Origin: a virus
Reading direction: 5' to 3' (one strand)
DNA length: 64,000 nt
Virus record (IMG/VR): IMGVR_UViG_3300028610_000244
Coordinates: 33,869-97,868 of that record
This document shows positions 62,080 through 64,000 of the stretch, in pieces. How positions within the stretch are numbered: position 1 is the stretch's first letter; every line of letters starts with the position of its first letter. Below the pieces are notes generated by a model. The model searched no databases. It was not told where the DNA came from and saw only the letters and a list, made by a program, of their open reading frames with translations. The position numbers and the translations under genes are program-made.

Positions 62080-62420
62080 TAAGCTTCCACAACGAAAAGG
62101 TGCCTGAACTCTGCACAGGTGTCACTGTCACTTGTGTCCTGACACTGCATCGTACAGTGCCGTGACTTCGGCTTCCTGTATCCGCAACTTCGGCAGTTGA
62201 GATCAACGCCTGAGTTGAAAAACTGTTTGAGCCCGCCGAGGCACGCACTTACAGGCACGCTATCGCCGAATCTCTCGTTCACTTTCTCGACCAAGGCACC
62301 AACTGCTACAACCGCAGCCTGCTTCTCGAAGCCACACTCAGCCATCATTTTTGACTGTGGACGCAACCGACTTCTTACGTACAGGCTCAGTCCCGCCTTT
62401 GTTAGTTCGCACTCCAACAT
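62079..62420 (-). CDS. Cys-rich hypothetical protein between terS and terL
   Basis: TAATG coupling to terL; start probably MLECEL; overlaps the terS 3' end. Confidence 0.5.
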   Translation of the reverse strand: MLECELTKAGLSLYVRSRLRPQSKMMAECGFEKQAAVVAVGALVEKVNERFGDSVPVSACLGGLKQFFNSGVDLNCRSCGYRKPKSRHCTMQCQDTSDSDTCAEFRHLFVVEA

Positions 62421-62874
62421 ATTCTTTCTCCCAATCGTCAGGGTCAAGGGAAGCTTGCACAACGAGAACGCCGGCAGTGACATTCGCGTCAACAGATAGG
62501 TGATCGCGGTACTTCGGGCTGTTCGCCTTCGCCAACGCGATCAGCAAGGAATCGGAATAGTGACGTTCTGTCCCGCACACCTTGCCTTTGAAATATACAT
62601 TCTTGGTGACACCGTTGATGGCACGATCATGGACGGCGGCGTCGATCAGCTCGCAGTATCCTTGCATTGCGGCCGTCTCGCGGCTCTTCAATTCTTTTTC
62701 TTTGGTCATGCAGTAGACCATCCGGCCAGGATCGACGCCTGCCATGATCGCAGAATACCGCTTGCGGCCGGATACTTCGAGGTATGCGAAGTACAGGTCA
62801 AGCTCAGTGCTTGTGATGTCCGACAACGCCGGCAAGCCCTTTTCGGTGTCAATTTTTACTGGTACATGACTCAT
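62338..62874 (-). CDS. terS: Terminase small subunit
   Basis: RA..GV...VY.KG...G....YSD.LL..L.KA..P.KYRD. Confidence 0.8.
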   Translation of the reverse strand: MSHVPVKIDTEKGLPALSDITSTELDLYFAYLEVSGRKRYSAIMAGVDPGRMVYCMTKEKELKSRETAAMQGYCELIDAAVHDRAINGVTKNVYFKGKVCGTERHYSDSLLIALAKANSPKYRDHLSVDANVTAGVLVVQASLDPDDWEKEYVGVRTNKGGTEPVRKKSVASTVKNDG

Positions 62875-62883
62875 ATACGGGCT

Positions 62884-62912
62884 ATTATAGGACATTCCCG
62901 TCAAGATGTCAA
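62884..62912 (-). promoter_or_regulatory. Consensus sigma70 promoter, near-leaderless terS transcript
   Basis: TTGACA-N17-TATAAT, 9 nt before ATG 62874. Confidence 0.85.
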
Positions 62913-63128
62913 GGGAATTCCGCGAATTTCGACTTTTCCCCGCACAGTTGCGGTCTCAAGCCTGTCACCACCTTTTGCTATCTCGCCGGTGAAGAATGTG
63001 GCGAAACCTTCCTCCTCGTCGGCGGTCACGCAGCGGTCAACTAATGCACCGTCGCAGAATACCTCGACATCGTGGTCCCAGACATCTTCTCGCCAGCCTG
63101 GATCGGTCTTGTTTGCTGATAGCCGCAT
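62901..63128 (-). CDS. Small beta protein, paralog of the C-terminal domain of 63128..63697
   Basis: +.CDG..V....TAD...G...+......R+.T.TV.GK+EI.G shared. Confidence 0.7.
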   Translation of the reverse strand: MRLSANKTDPGWREDVWDHDVEVFCDGALVDRCVTADEEEGFATFFTGEIAKGGDRLETATVRGKVEIRGIPLTS

Positions 63129-63697
63129 CAGTCCAGCCCCGTAATTTCGATTTTTCCGTGAACAGTGAGGGTCTTGATTCGTCCCTGCTCGTTCTTCTTG
63201 TAGTATTTGGCGACACCCGCGATGGTGTCAGCCGTGTGGGCGTTCTCGACTTGGACGCCGTCACAGAGAATCTTGAGTGCTGTGTTCTCATGGATTTCAG
63301 GATCGTAGCCGGGCTCTCCTTCCCTCACCGAGACATGCGTGACCTTGCCGTTCTCGTCACGGATTATACCGGGCTCTGGCTGCATCTCGGCAGCTATCTT
63401 GACTGCTTCGACTGCCGGTGCGGTCTCTGCCTGCTTCTCTATCGCAACCTCGGCCAGCGTCTTGTGCGTCAGCACTGGCTCTTTGGTTTCCACCATTGGT
63501 AGGTCTTTCAGAATATCGTTCGGCCGCATCTGCCGATTTATCCTGGCGGAGATAGACTCACCCCTCAACCCCTCCATCGCGTCGATGCGTTCACCTATCT
63601 CATTTAGGTACAGCCGGGCCATCTTGAAGTAGCCTTCCTTCGCAAACATTTCCGCGAATGTCCCCAGGTCTCTGATACTGTGTTCTGACATATCCAT
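63128..63697 (-). CDS. Hypothetical protein
   Basis: TAATG and TGATG coupling at its two ends. Confidence 0.7.
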   Translation of the reverse strand: MDMSEHSIRDLGTFAEMFAKEGYFKMARLYLNEIGERIDAMEGLRGESISARINRQMRPNDILKDLPMVETKEPVLTHKTLAEVAIEKQAETAPAVEAVKIAAEMQPEPGIIRDENGKVTHVSVREGEPGYDPEIHENTALKILCDGVQVENAHTADTIAGVAKYYKKNEQGRIKTLTVHGKIEITGLD

Positions 63698-63993
63698 TAC
63701 CATAGCTCCAATTGAACTTGTTTCGATCTCGGTTTCGATCCTGTCGCTTTATCACGCCGCTCCGTCAATTCTTTTTCTTGTTGCCGCACTACGCCCAGAA
63801 GGGTGGTCTTCTTGTCTTCGGGTATCTCCGGGCCGTGCGAGTAGTTCATCTTGGTTCCCATGAACTCTGCATCAGTGCAGCCCATCCACTTCCACGGGAA
63901 GATGTGCGGGATCACCTTTATCGTCGTGGCCCTGAAATGGGCCGCAATGAACTTCGTGTCGATAAAATTGAATTTCTTCGACATGACTCTCAT
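63697..63993 (-). CDS. Hypothetical protein
   Basis: 98-aa ORF at the window edge, coupled to the downstream gene. Confidence 0.55.
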   Translation of the reverse strand: MRVMSKKFNFIDTKFIAAHFRATTIKVIPHIFPWKWMGCTDAEFMGTKMNYSHGPEIPEDKKTTLLGVVRQQEKELTERRDKATGSKPRSKQVQLELW

Positions 63994-64000
63994 TACTTCT

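Noticed and set aside
223-63632. Numerous plus-strand ORFs in the track (e.g. 14021..14794, 57302..58156, 56422..57132)
   Set aside because: They are antisense shadows of well-supported minus-strand genes, with no RBS or recognisable motifs.
1-64000. Prophage/lysogeny module, inteins, introns, homing endonucleases, alternative genetic code
   Set aside because: No integrase or repressor; TerL, PolA, RtcB and helicases have normal lengths; genes tile densely under the standard code using all three stop codons.

Overview
The window is ~64 kb of a tailed dsDNA bacteriophage with a long non-contractile tail (siphovirus), probably most of its genome. Essentially every credible gene is on the minus strand, and no integrase or repressor is visible, so it is likely lytic. 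Reading in transcription order (right to left): (1) packaging, head and tail module, with TerS, TerL, portal, scaffold, major capsid, neck, tail tube, frameshifted tail chaperones, tape measure and a YuA/M6-like tail tip; (2) nucleotide-catabolism cassette, with a tandem DUF5664 dNTP diphosphohydrolase, HAD nucleotidase, T5 A1-like metallophosphoesterase and PQ-loop membrane protein; (3) replication module, with SNF2 helicase, SSB-like protein, RecD/Dda helicase, PolA, ASCH, VRR-NUC-like nuclease and primase-helicase; (4) membrane/protease cassette; (5) early region with a promoter-driven non-coding cluster (tRNA-Ile, tRNA-Gln, a tRNA-like element, other structured RNAs), DNA ligase, dimeric dUTPase and RtcB; (6) a detached fibre/adhesin module whose proteins share short N-terminal motifs; (7) more early genes. 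About a dozen near-consensus sigma70 promoters indicate a bacterial host. The most unusual observations are a 527-aa protein assembled from isolated signature motifs of PolA, SF2 helicase and terminase (possible immune decoy), the DNA-breakdown/export cassette, the structured-RNA cluster with RtcB, the shared N-terminal motifs of the fibre module, and strong enrichment of TGTCAC/GTGACA with apparent absence of GCGC. All family assignments come from recognising motifs by eye; no database searches were run.
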